This document shows positions 54,348-63,345 of a stretch of DNA of 64,000 bases, piece by piece. Each line of letters opens with the position of its first letter. Position 1 is the stretch's first letter. The notes beneath the pieces were generated by a model. The model searched no databases. It was not told the origin of the DNA and was given only the letters and a program-made list of their open reading frames with translations. The stretch is taken from NCBI GenBank assembly GCA_046563655.1, contig CM102284.1:4526001-4590000 (forward strand), given 5' to 3'. The translations under genes were made by a program, and so were the position numbers. Source of the DNA: Yuukianura sp. NJ FZ-2021. Its lineage: Eukaryota.

Positions 54348-54486
54348 AGTCTGAAGAATATGGGACTTGGTGCTGCAGGATCTCTTCCTTTCTTTGTCAA
54401 CGGTGTTGATGGACTGACGCAACCTCCACCAGCTCACATGGGCATTCCGCCCTACCACCACCTCGATCCTTCCAAAGGGGTTCACG
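54348..54486 (+). CDS. pan: TCF/pan coding exon: SLKNMGLGAAGSLPFFVNGVDGLTQPPPAHMGIPPYHHLDPSKGVH(G)
   Basis: tttatAG acceptor and GTAAGG donor; 139 nt, phase 0 to 1; conserved PPPAHxGIPPY..LDP motif of the TCF context-dependent region. Confidence 0.92.
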
Positions 54487-57048
54487 GTAAGGTTCACTAA
54501 CCTAACTTTAAGTTAGGCTAACTAGCCAAACTTAATAGAAACTGTTAATTTCTAAACTAGATTTAAGTTTATTTGGAGTTTGGCGTGCTTAGAGTTTAGT
54601 CACTAGTTAGATTCACGCCTTGGTGCGCAGGGTAAGGTGCCCTTTAGCCATTATAGGCACAATGTCCATCCAGAAAAAGTGGACCGGTCATTTCATGCCT
54701 CTTGACTCCAATCATGTCCGTCGTGATTTGCAAACAACTGGGAGTCGTTAGGGTTTCTGCTACAAATTGAATAGGAGAAGTCATTTGTGGGCTGGGAGGA
54801 AGCAGTTTTGAGGTTCGTCGCACGTTCCGTTGTGGTCACGAGAGTCAGTTTCTTCATCCAATTGTTTACTCTCTGGGCACCTTAAGAGCTTTTCCCATGG
54901 ACGTGCAAATTTTTATTTTGTTTTTGATGATCATCATTGAACATCACCTAGGGCTTGTCCCAAAGTCTTGTGTGGTTAGGTCTGCCATGATGAAATTGGA
55001 GGAGGCTGCGGATCCAAGAATTGGGCACGTACATGATGCAGTACTATACTTTGTCTCAGACGACGTGACAAGTTGGAGCTCCTGGGGTCATTCGATCCCT
55101 CTCCGCAAAGCTCCCAGGGAGACACAAACGAATGAAATTTCTTTTTTGAAAAGAAAAACTGAAAAATCGAAGAAAAAATATGAAACGCAGTGTGTCTTCT
55201 GCATTGATCTCAAAAGTCCAAAGATCTCAAAGACGGAGCAGGTCACCCTACGGTTCGATTCACTTTTTTATTTGTGGGAGATGCAGAAGCCTTGAGCCTT
55301 TTAGCTTACGAGAACTTTGTCTTCACTTTGGGATCAAAAGACTACGGAAAAGCGGTTGGGTTCCTGAATTAGACGTTTTCATGTTTCTCGTCATCTGTGG
55401 AACGGTTGTTTCCTTGTCATGCAGAAGCAAGTGACCAAGCGTCAGAAGTCAACTGCAGCGTCACGCCCAAGTCCAAGACGAAGGAGCCTCTGTCATCTTC
55501 AATGCTTGAGGAATTCAATTTCAATCGCACGCAGGGATCATAACAAGAACAACATTTGGCTCCTTAGGAGCTCCAACCAATTCGAATCTTGCTTCTGACT
55601 TGTGCTTTGAAGTCGATTGTCCGAACCAGAGCCGAACGTTTTCTTTGTCTTAAAACCAAGACTTGAAAATTGATGCTTTATTTTGAAATTTTGAAATGAC
55701 CTGAACGTGACAGGGTCAACTTGGGCTTCTTCTGTTAGAAATTTGAAGGTTGGGGTAGGAACTTGGATGAATTGAGCAAGGGTTAGATACATTGTCATTT
55801 TTCGCATTTTGTTGTAACTCGCATTGTGTAACTTGATATGAAGTTTTGTGAGAGCTTTTTGTAATTAATGAATTCCAAATGACACCCGCCTTCTAACTTT
55901 CTCTCCATTAGTTTTTAGTTGGACTAATTGCAAAGTGCCCCCAGTGACGACAATGGAGGCGACAGTCTACAAATTTTGAAATTCAAACTTGAAAAGCTCT
56001 CGTCGCAGGTTCCTCGAAATGTGGAATTTAAAAGTAGTAGTACAAAAGTTTAATTTGGAGAAGATTCTCATATGCTTTTGTCTCACCCTGGAAAAGTTAA
56101 TGAAAATGGGACACTTAAGGATTGAAAGTGAGCACTACTACCATGGTGTTCTCTTGTTCCTTTTTTAGAACCATTTTCTTCCGTTTTAGCATTTTTTTTC
56201 TAAACTTTTGTTCTATTTGGTTAATTTAAAAAGTTTGTTCAAGGACTCGAGCTCTAAAAGTGTAACACTGGAGAAATATGGAGGCTGCTGTTGTCAAGTT
56301 CAGACGGCCTAAGCCCCCCTAGACTACAATGTGATAATTAAAACCCAAAGTTTTCATCATTAGTCTTGATTAAATTTTGAGTTTGGAGGAGACTTTAAGA
56401 GTTTTCACAGAGACTTCAGGGAGGTATAGCCTCGTAGGGAGTCTCTTTTGATCTTTGGATTGAGTAGACTTTTGTAGGCTGATGAACGATGGTAATGGTG
56501 ATATGGACTTTGGGATTCAATTACCTTTTCAACTCCGCACGGACTTTCTCTGCCAAAATCAAAACTTTCTTCAACTCCCGCCCAGACCACACCAAGGAGA
56601 AAGCCAACGTCGGGCCCTTTATCCGTAATGGTCTTCCGTCTTTTCCAAACTCTTTGAATTCTCTAATTTCCAACTTTTCTAGTTAGTCTTTTCTTCCTGC
56701 TGCTGCTCTGCTGAAGGTCCAAACTTCCCTAAAAGTTGTTCGGAAAGTGTAAATTAGGCACTGAAGTGGGCGTGGCCATTTTTGGGAGCCGAAAAGCCTC
56801 CATTTTTGCCAGGTTGGTCAAATTGGCCTTATCAGGTCCTGGGCACAGACTAGAAGTCGATTTTTCGAAATTTTCGTCACGATTAGCGAGTAACGAAGAA
56901 TCCGAGTTTCCGCTGTAAGTAAGAATTTCAGGATATAATAAAATAATACCATATATAGGACAACGTCTCCACATGGTTTTGAACTGAGTTATGTATTTGT
57001 AAATATCAATAGTTAATGTATTAAAACGGGAATCATATCAAGTCAGAA

Positions 57049-57179
57049 TTTTAACGGAGTTTAAATATTTAACCGGAGATTTAAAAATTTAACCGGAGAA
57101 AATCGGCCGGTTAAATTTAACCGGTTTTGAATTGAATTATTATTTATTTCTCAATATTAATTATTATAATAATTAATAT
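57049..57179. repeat. Short TTTAACCGGAG-containing ~20-bp repeats plus two perfect palindromes
   Basis: Repeated TTTAAC(C)GGAG units; palindromes CCGGTTAAATTTAACCGG (57107-57124) and ATATTAATTATTATAATAATTAATAT (57154-57179). Confidence 0.8.
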
Positions 57180-57835
57180 ATACTAAAACTAGATCTTGGT
57201 GTTTATTACCCCAGAGGTCATATTAGGATACGCAAACTACATCCATATGTTTGCAGCTTAAACTTGCGTGTATTCGAGAATCTAGGCACTGCGCAATTTA
57301 ATTGTTTGTTGATCGGCGTTGAGGAACGTTTGGTCAAAATTTTTTATTTTTGCGTTTTAGGAAAAAGCTAAGCCGTAAGTTATAAATTGCGACAAGAGAG
57401 AAAGGAAGAGGCTTTAGCAGAATGAGTTTCTGAGATTTAAGGAGGATTAGGCTTAAGGATCGTCTCCAACCAACCGACTTCTTCATTCCGATGATTCAGG
57501 CAGAAAGAATAATAAAGTGGAGAAAGCAGAGAAAGCCCCCCGTGCTTCACTGCCTCTCAATCCGACTGATTCAGCGGAATAGGCATCCCCCTCTGCATCT
57601 TTCTCCTAATTATTTACTCGTCAGATTCGGCTTTCAGCTTCACAATTTAACGGAAATTGATCATTGGAAAGGAATAAAATGCTGGTATAAATCCAATTCT
57701 GTTTTTGTCTTCAGCACAAAAGCAATCACGGTTTATTTCATCTTTTGTTGGTTTTCTTAAAATAAAAGGAATTTGTGAAAAGTTGCTTTTGTAAAGGCGT
57801 ATTTTGCTGATCTGTTTTTGTTTTGTGATTTTCAG

Positions 57836-57917
57836 GGTTATCTCGGTCGCCAATGTATCCATTTGGAGGCCAGTATCCTTATTCAGTCCTGCCAGAAGTG
57901 TCTCAAGTAGCTTCATG
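57836..57917 (+). CDS. pan: TCF/pan coding exon: (G)LSRSPMYPFGGQYPYSVLPEVSQVAS(W)
   Basis: tttcAG acceptor and GTAAAT donor; phase 1 to 2; Pangolin-like YPF.GGQYPY and SQVASW motifs. Confidence 0.93.
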
Positions 57918-58183
57918 GTAAATCCTATTTTTACTTCATTCATCCTTAAGACAAGACTCGTATACACTTTGGAGAATGATAAAAAATGAAGAAGTTTAGA
58001 CAAATATTAGGAAGAAGGAGCTACAAGAAGTAGTTTTGAGATGACTGGCAAAGATGCGTTTGTCAAAGAAATTACTTCCTTCCCATAAATTCATCTTCCT
58101 TGGGACAAGATCAGAGATAGTAGTGGCAGAAGAGTCTTTTTGACTAATTCTGATATTTATTTTGGCTTCGTGTTCCTAAACAG

Positions 58184-58300
58184 GCATGCCTCCAACATGT
58201 ACCACTCGATCTCGCAAGCTGGGAATCCAGGAGCCTCCTCCGCCTCTGGATTTCGCAACTACCCACCCACCCTGTCAATACCTCCTACGTCAATTCCTAG
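58184..58300 (+). CDS. pan: TCF/pan coding exon: (W)HASNMYHSISQAGNPGASSASGFRNYPPTLSIPPTSIP(S)
   Basis: aacAG acceptor and GTCAGC donor; 117 nt, phase 2 to 2; continues the ASWH motif. Confidence 0.88.
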   Translation, partial: ACLQHVPLDLASWESRSLLRLWISQLPTHPVNTSYVNS

Positions 58301-58391
58301 GTCAGCACTTTCACTTTTTGGAAAATTCTCAAACTACTAAAAATAAACGCGAATTGAAAAAAAAAACTGATGTGTTGAATTTTTTGACCAG

Positions 58392-58511
58392 TGATTTCTA
58401 TAGGTTTCCACCCGGGAGTTTACTCCAAGGGGCGGGAAGTCTAGGGCATCACCTCAGCGGTGTCTCACCAAAACATGACGACCATCCTCGTTCTAGCCAA
58501 AACCATAACAG
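58392..58511 (+). CDS. pan: TCF/pan coding exon: (S)DFYRFPPGSLLQGAGSLGHHLSGVSPKHDDHPRSSQNHN(R); possible in-frame alternative acceptor giving a start at 58404
   Basis: ccAG acceptor (58390-91) and GTCAGT donor; phase 2 to 2; SDF.RF.P.LL resembles Pangolin. Confidence 0.88.
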
Positions 58512-58594
58512 GTCAGTCACAGATCAAACTATGGTTAGTTTAATTTTTAACATTAATTAAAAACTATGAAACTGAAAGTTCTTTTTCATTTCAG

Positions 58595-58674
58595 GTCAAG
58601 TTCAGATTCCAAATCCAATTCGGACTCACATGGAGCCAAAAATTCAGACTCGGGACAATCTATAAATAGTCAAA
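58595..58674 (+). CDS. pan: TCF/pan coding exon, Ser-rich linker: (R)SSSDSKSNSDSHGAKNSDSGQSINSQ(N)
   Basis: tttcAG acceptor and GTAAGC donor; phase 2 to 1, which is needed to bridge to the HMG exon in frame. Confidence 0.85.
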
Positions 58675-58864
58675 GTAAGCTTCAAGCTTTCACTCGACCT
58701 TAGAAAAAGAAAAAGAAACCGAAAAAGTCAATTCAGTTTGGCTTTTTCTTTTGTTCTTTGTCTAATTCCATTTTGGAGCGACGATTTCTCTTCTTTTTCT
58801 GTTTTCTGCGGAAAATCCTCTTTGATTGACTCGGAAGTTTAAGTTGATTTTGTTTCATTTCCAG

Positions 58865-58951
58865 ACGAGAAGAAGAAGCCGCACATTAAGAAGCCTCTCA
58901 ATGCTTTTATGTTGTACATGAAGGAGATGCGGGCCAAAGTCGTCGCTGAGT
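58865..58951 (+). CDS. pan: TCF/pan HMG box exon 1: (N)[28 protein letters not shown](C)
   Basis: ttccAG acceptor; canonical TCF HMG helix-1 sequence; donor GTACGA splits the Cys codon (T|GT). Confidence 0.97.
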
Positions 58952-59047
58952 GTACGAATCCTTACTTTACCCTACGGACGTAGCTTCTATTTTTTTCTGG
59001 AAGTAATTGTTTTAGTAGTAATCGTATCCCTTATTTCTATGGTTTAG

Positions 59048-59094
59048 GTACGCTCAAAGAAAGTGCAGCGATCAATCAAATCCTTGGAAGGCGG
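59048..59094 (+). CDS. pan: TCF/pan HMG box exon 2: (C)TLKESAAINQILGRR
   Basis: tttAG acceptor and GTAAGA donor; invariant TCF sequence; ends in phase 0. Confidence 0.97.
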
Positions 59095-59386
59095 GTAAGA
59101 GACTAAAACTGTAATATCCTTCTTCCTTGTCTAAACTCAATTTGAACTCTCGCGGCCACTTTTCGGTCGCTGGTCACTTTTTTTCAAAGAACTTTCTCCT
59201 TGATCTCTCCCTTGCCTCTCTGAAAGCTTCTAAATTCAACATCATTTTGCACCTTTTTTAAAAAAAGTTATCATGAAACCAACCAGTTCAACTGACCTTG
59301 CCTTGTTCATCCCTTGGAGTTGCAGTCTAAAAAGGCGAAACGTTTTAGAACAAGATTTAAACAGTTTTTGACTCGTATATGTTTAG

Positions 59387-59488
59387 TGGCACTCTCTGAG
59401 CCGAGAGGAGCAGGCCAAGTATTACGAAAAGGCGAGGCACGAACGGCAGCTCCATCTCCAATTATATCCGGGTTGGTCAGCTAGGGAT
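59387..59488 (+). CDS. pan: TCF/pan HMG cassette A, part 1: [34 protein letters not shown]
   Basis: tttAG acceptor and GTAAGT donor; 102 nt, phase 0 to 0; canonical C-terminal half of the HMG box. Confidence 0.96.
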
Positions 59489-59575
59489 GTAAGTTTTCGT
59501 TAGACAAAACAGTGGGAGGTCATTCACCTTTGACCTTGACCTTTTGATATTGATGGAGACTATGTTTTGAAACAG

Positions 59576-59633
59576 AACTATGGCTATGGAGCTAAAAAGA
59601 AGAAGAGAAAGAAAGAGAAAACTTCCGATGGAG
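59576..59633 (+). CDS. pan: TCF/pan cassette A, part 2 (basic tail/NLS): NYGYGAKKKKRKKEKTSDG(G)
   Basis: aacAG acceptor and GTATTG donor; phase 0 to 1; completes SARD-NYG and the basic tail. Confidence 0.95.
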
Positions 59634-60194
59634 GTATTGTGCAATTCATGCGATTTTTATAGAATTTCGACAATTTTTATTTGCTGCAAACATAAACTCA
59701 GAATTTGACCAACCCATCGGTAATCTGCTGAATTTAAAAAAAAAACGAAAATCCGTGTTTTAAAATTTAGAAAATCAGGCCCGTAGGCACAAATCCCTTA
59801 TTTCGCTTGTTGTTCCTTCCGAAGTCTTAAAGTTGATTTTGTTGGTGTTTTTTAGTTTTGTTAAATTAACTTTTTGGTTCTCATTTGGAATTTGGAAATT
59901 AGTGCACAAATGCTCCTTCTGCAGTTTTCGTTTTTCAAGGCACTTTTGAATTAAAAAGGCAGTTAAATCGGGAACTTGAGTTGAATTATGTAAGAAGGTG
60001 CAAAGTGTGAGATTTTTTGAAAACGGATTTAAATAATTTGAGAAAAGCAGCTTTTTTTTAGTTTCCTTTTTCCTGTTTTATTTCCAATTCTTGAAAAATT
60101 GAAAATTCTAAATCGAAATAATTTTGAAGAGTTTGAAGAGACAAAAACGAAACTTTTAGTAAAACATGATTTTGATTTTGATTTGGGGCCTCAG

Positions 60195-60351
60195 TGGCAC
60201 GCACTAGGTCGTGAAGAACAAGCGAGATACTACGATTTAGCCCGTAAAGAAAGGCAGCGTCATATGCAGATGTACCCCAACTGGTCATCTGCCCAAACTA
60301 GAACTCACCATGAAAAGAAGCGGAAGAAAAAACAAGAGAAATTTGACGGAG
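60195..60351 (+). CDS. pan: TCF/pan HMG cassette B (duplicated, alternative to A): [52 protein letters not shown](G)
   Basis: ctcAG acceptor and GTATTC donor; 157 nt with the same entry (0) and exit (1) phases as cassette A; clearly paralogous to A and open. Confidence 0.93.
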
Positions 60352-60549
60352 GTATTCAGAACTTTTGATACAAAATTTTGACAAAAGTGAAGTTTTTTGA
60401 CTATAAGAAAAATTCACCTAAAACTGAAATCAAATCAAACTTTTCTCAAAAATAACCGATGGGTTTGTGAATTTTCTGAGTTGATGGATGGATATGGTGG
60501 TGGTGTTGGAAATCAATTTAAGTGTGTAAATTGACTTTCTTTTTCACAG

Positions 60550-60619
60550 GAAATAGCATGAAGAAGTGTCGAGCTAGGTACGGGTTGGACCAACAAGCTC
60601 AGTGGTGCAAACCGTGCAG
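60550..60619 (+). CDS. pan: TCF/pan C-clamp exon: (G)[22 protein letters not shown](R)
   Basis: ttttcacAG acceptor and GTAATA donor; phase 1 to 2; CRARF-like and WCxxC motifs. Confidence 0.97.
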
Positions 60620-62119
60620 GTAATAAATCATGCCTCTAACAATAGAATTTTAGTTACAATCGCTCCAAACGGAACTTGCGCTTCGGAAATGAAAGTAACA
60701 CTGGTGCACTTTCAAAAGCCTAAAATGAACAAGTGAACTTTCATTATTCTCTGCATAAGTGCAACTAGTTCAGAATTTTTTGCTGCTAGAACGAAACTAT
60801 TTATAAAAACTAACAGGATTTTGAAGTGAAAGCAGAGAAAGAGGTGAACGCAGAACTTTCTGGGCGAAGTTGTGACTTACGAAAGATTCATTTTCTACTA
60901 GAAACTAACCGAATGCAGGTTTTACACTAACAATTTCCTTAAATGATTTTCGGTGTGAGAAGACACGAGCATTTCTAAAAGTTGCTTTTACTGGGTGTGA
61001 TTTATACAATGAAATTGAATTTTTAGTTTTGAAAAAATCATAAGCTTTGTTTAAAATGCTTCTACTTTCTCTTTTCTCTTCTTTTAATTGTTGTTGGTTG
61101 CGATTTACATGAATTGATTTCAATACGGAACTATGACCTCCGCAATTATTTTTCAGCATGCTCTTCGTTTGCAAATTGGAAATCTTAAAAGTTGACATTT
61201 AGTTTTGATTATTAAAAGAAAGTTGAATTAGTGTGGACGTTGGTTGGATTTAAAAACGACCACTTTTAGATTTAACCTTAGAAAAATATGAAAGTATCGT
61301 TTTCAGAAAATGTGTCTTCCCACATTCCTCATTTTTAGTATATTTTTTGAGTGCTTTGAAGAAGTATTGTTAAAAGTTGACAAGGAGAAATTGTGAAAAG
61401 CAATCAGCCAATACAGTACAAAAAAAAGTTAATTTTGAACTTTGTTAATTTGATGCATGTTTTGCTCAACTTTTTCCGCGGAATTTCGTGGAGAGACGAA
61501 GAACTTTCGTCAGCTTTGTCATGAAATTTGACAATCAAGCAACTTCCATCCAGCACCTCTGTTTTTTTTTGTTTTGAAAATTTATTATTTCAAATGTCGC
61601 TTTGGGTTTGACTTTTTTTCACTTCTACTGGCATGACACATTTTCTGAAGATATTACGTGCCGTTTCTAACTCCTCAAATTGTGCAAATCACCTTTTGAC
61701 ATTTTTGTGACAAAAAAGTTAGATTTTCGCTAACTTTAAGTTTCTCTTCAGTTTTTTAGTTGAGTATTGGGAACCTCTGTAGAAATAATTTCTGGGATCT
61801 GTATTTGGCATGTCACGAGCTTTGTAGTTAGTACTGATTACGTTGACTTTCACCACTTTGCATTTGTGGGTGAAAAGTTTTAGTTTTTGCATGTTTCTCA
61901 CTTCTGAGTTATTGCTACCGTGACTTGGGCAGTTTCCTTGTCCGTGTCTTCTACAATACCAAGTCTGAAATTAAAGTTAACGTTTAGACAGACCCCGGAA
62001 TTAAGTTAACTAAATTGACATTAAGTTGATCACTTTTTCAATCGTTCCTGGATACTAAAACTAATATGTGCTGTATTGGCTTGGTTGACTTTTTAATTTT
62101 CCTTGCTCATGCTGCTCAG

Positions 62120-62477
62120 TCCGGATCAAGTTCAGTCGACGGCTCTAGCCTCTCTCGGTGGAACCGTTTTGAGTTACATGACTGGAGTTGGTGGGGCCAG
62201 CTCCACCTCTAGTATCCCATCGACTTCTGGTGCCGGAAGCACCCATAGTAGTGGTGGGGCTTCAGCAAGGGGCAGTAGCATTGGTGGCCCTTCTTCGTCA
62301 ACTTCTAACAATAGTTCCGGCGGGGCACTGTCCCACCACCATTCTCAGCACCAGCACAACTTGATGGGAATTTTAGGCTCTTTGGCCTCGGCAGCATCCC
62401 ACCAGGGGTCACTGTCCCACTTAAGTCAAATCCCAATTTCATCACCCCTTCCTGAACCGACTTATGTCAACCTATAG
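62120..62477 (+). CDS. pan: Putative alternative terminal exon of TCF/pan: (S)PDQVQSTALASLGG...HHHSQHQH...PLPEPTYVNL*
   Basis: ctcAG acceptor at 62118-19 after a pyrimidine-rich tract, in phase 2 with the C-clamp exon. GC-richer, coding-like Ser/Gly/His-rich open frame ending in TAG at 62475-77 inside otherwise AT-rich intron. Confidence 0.7.
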
Positions 62478-63067
62478 CCACTTGCCCGCTGCCCCACCTC
62501 CATTTTATTTTCCCACGCGTCTGCCCCGTCTGGTTCCAGTCCCACTTGGTCCCACTTTTGAAAAGTCCTGGGGCAAGTGGGCTTCTTCAACGGATTCTAG
62601 TCAATATTTTGTCAAAGTTTCCCGATTTGTCTTCCTTTTAAAGTCATCTTCCTTATCCTTGATGTTTGAAATCCTAATTTTTGTTTGAAAAGAGTCTGCC
62701 ACTGCTGTGATAAATCACATCATTCGTAAATTTTAACGTATAAAACCTAAACCATTTGCCAAATTTGGAGTCCTCTAAATTTCCTGGAAGGTACGGCGAA
62801 TTAAGATTTTTTCGGTATAGGTTCTCTCGTTTCTTGTTTTTGTTGTGCTCGAGATTTTTTCGGATGATCTTTCTTGAATAATTTTTCTGGACTTCTTTCT
62901 TACATTTTAGTTCTGAGTTTACTAATTCTTCTAACACAATTGTTCAAAGCATGCGCATGCACGATTCAGTTTTAGGATAACGCTATAATCTATCGGAGAC
63001 TTAGCAATTTTAAGTATAAATGTAGAATGTTTAAAAATAGTATTTACGAAGTTGTTTGTATTTTCAG

Positions 63068-63270
63068 GCGGAAAAAGAAGTGTATTCGGTACATGGAGGG
63101 TGAAGGTGACGGTGGAACGGGCGGCGGTAGTCCCGATAACATAGGTTCGGTAGGAAGCGGCGGAGATCCTCTGTCACCAGATTCCAAAACTGGACTCGAT
63201 TCTGACATGGACTGTGGAAAGTCCTCCGATCTTGCAATGTCAAGTCCGAATTTTAGCCTCACGTCACCCG
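63068..63270 (+). CDS. pan: TCF/pan exon completing the C-clamp: (R)RKKKCIRYMEGEGDGGTGGGSPDNIGSVGSGG...SLTSP(G)
   Basis: ttttcAG acceptor and GTAATA donor; phase 2 to 1; RRKKKCIRY motif. Confidence 0.96.
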
Positions 63271-63345
63271 GTAATAAAATCTAGCAATATTTTGTTTTGC
63301 TTTTTAGCCAAGAAGTAAACTGTAACGAGTTTTATTTGAAATTAG

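Noticed and set aside
54897-55434. 132-aa and 84-aa ORFs between TCF exons
   Set aside because: The flanking exons join in phase without them and they show no TCF similarity.
60099-60368. ORF-track 89-aa ORF as a stand-alone HMG gene or pseudogene
   Set aside because: Homology starts exactly at the AG acceptor (60194) and ends at the GT donor (60352), so it is cassette exon B.
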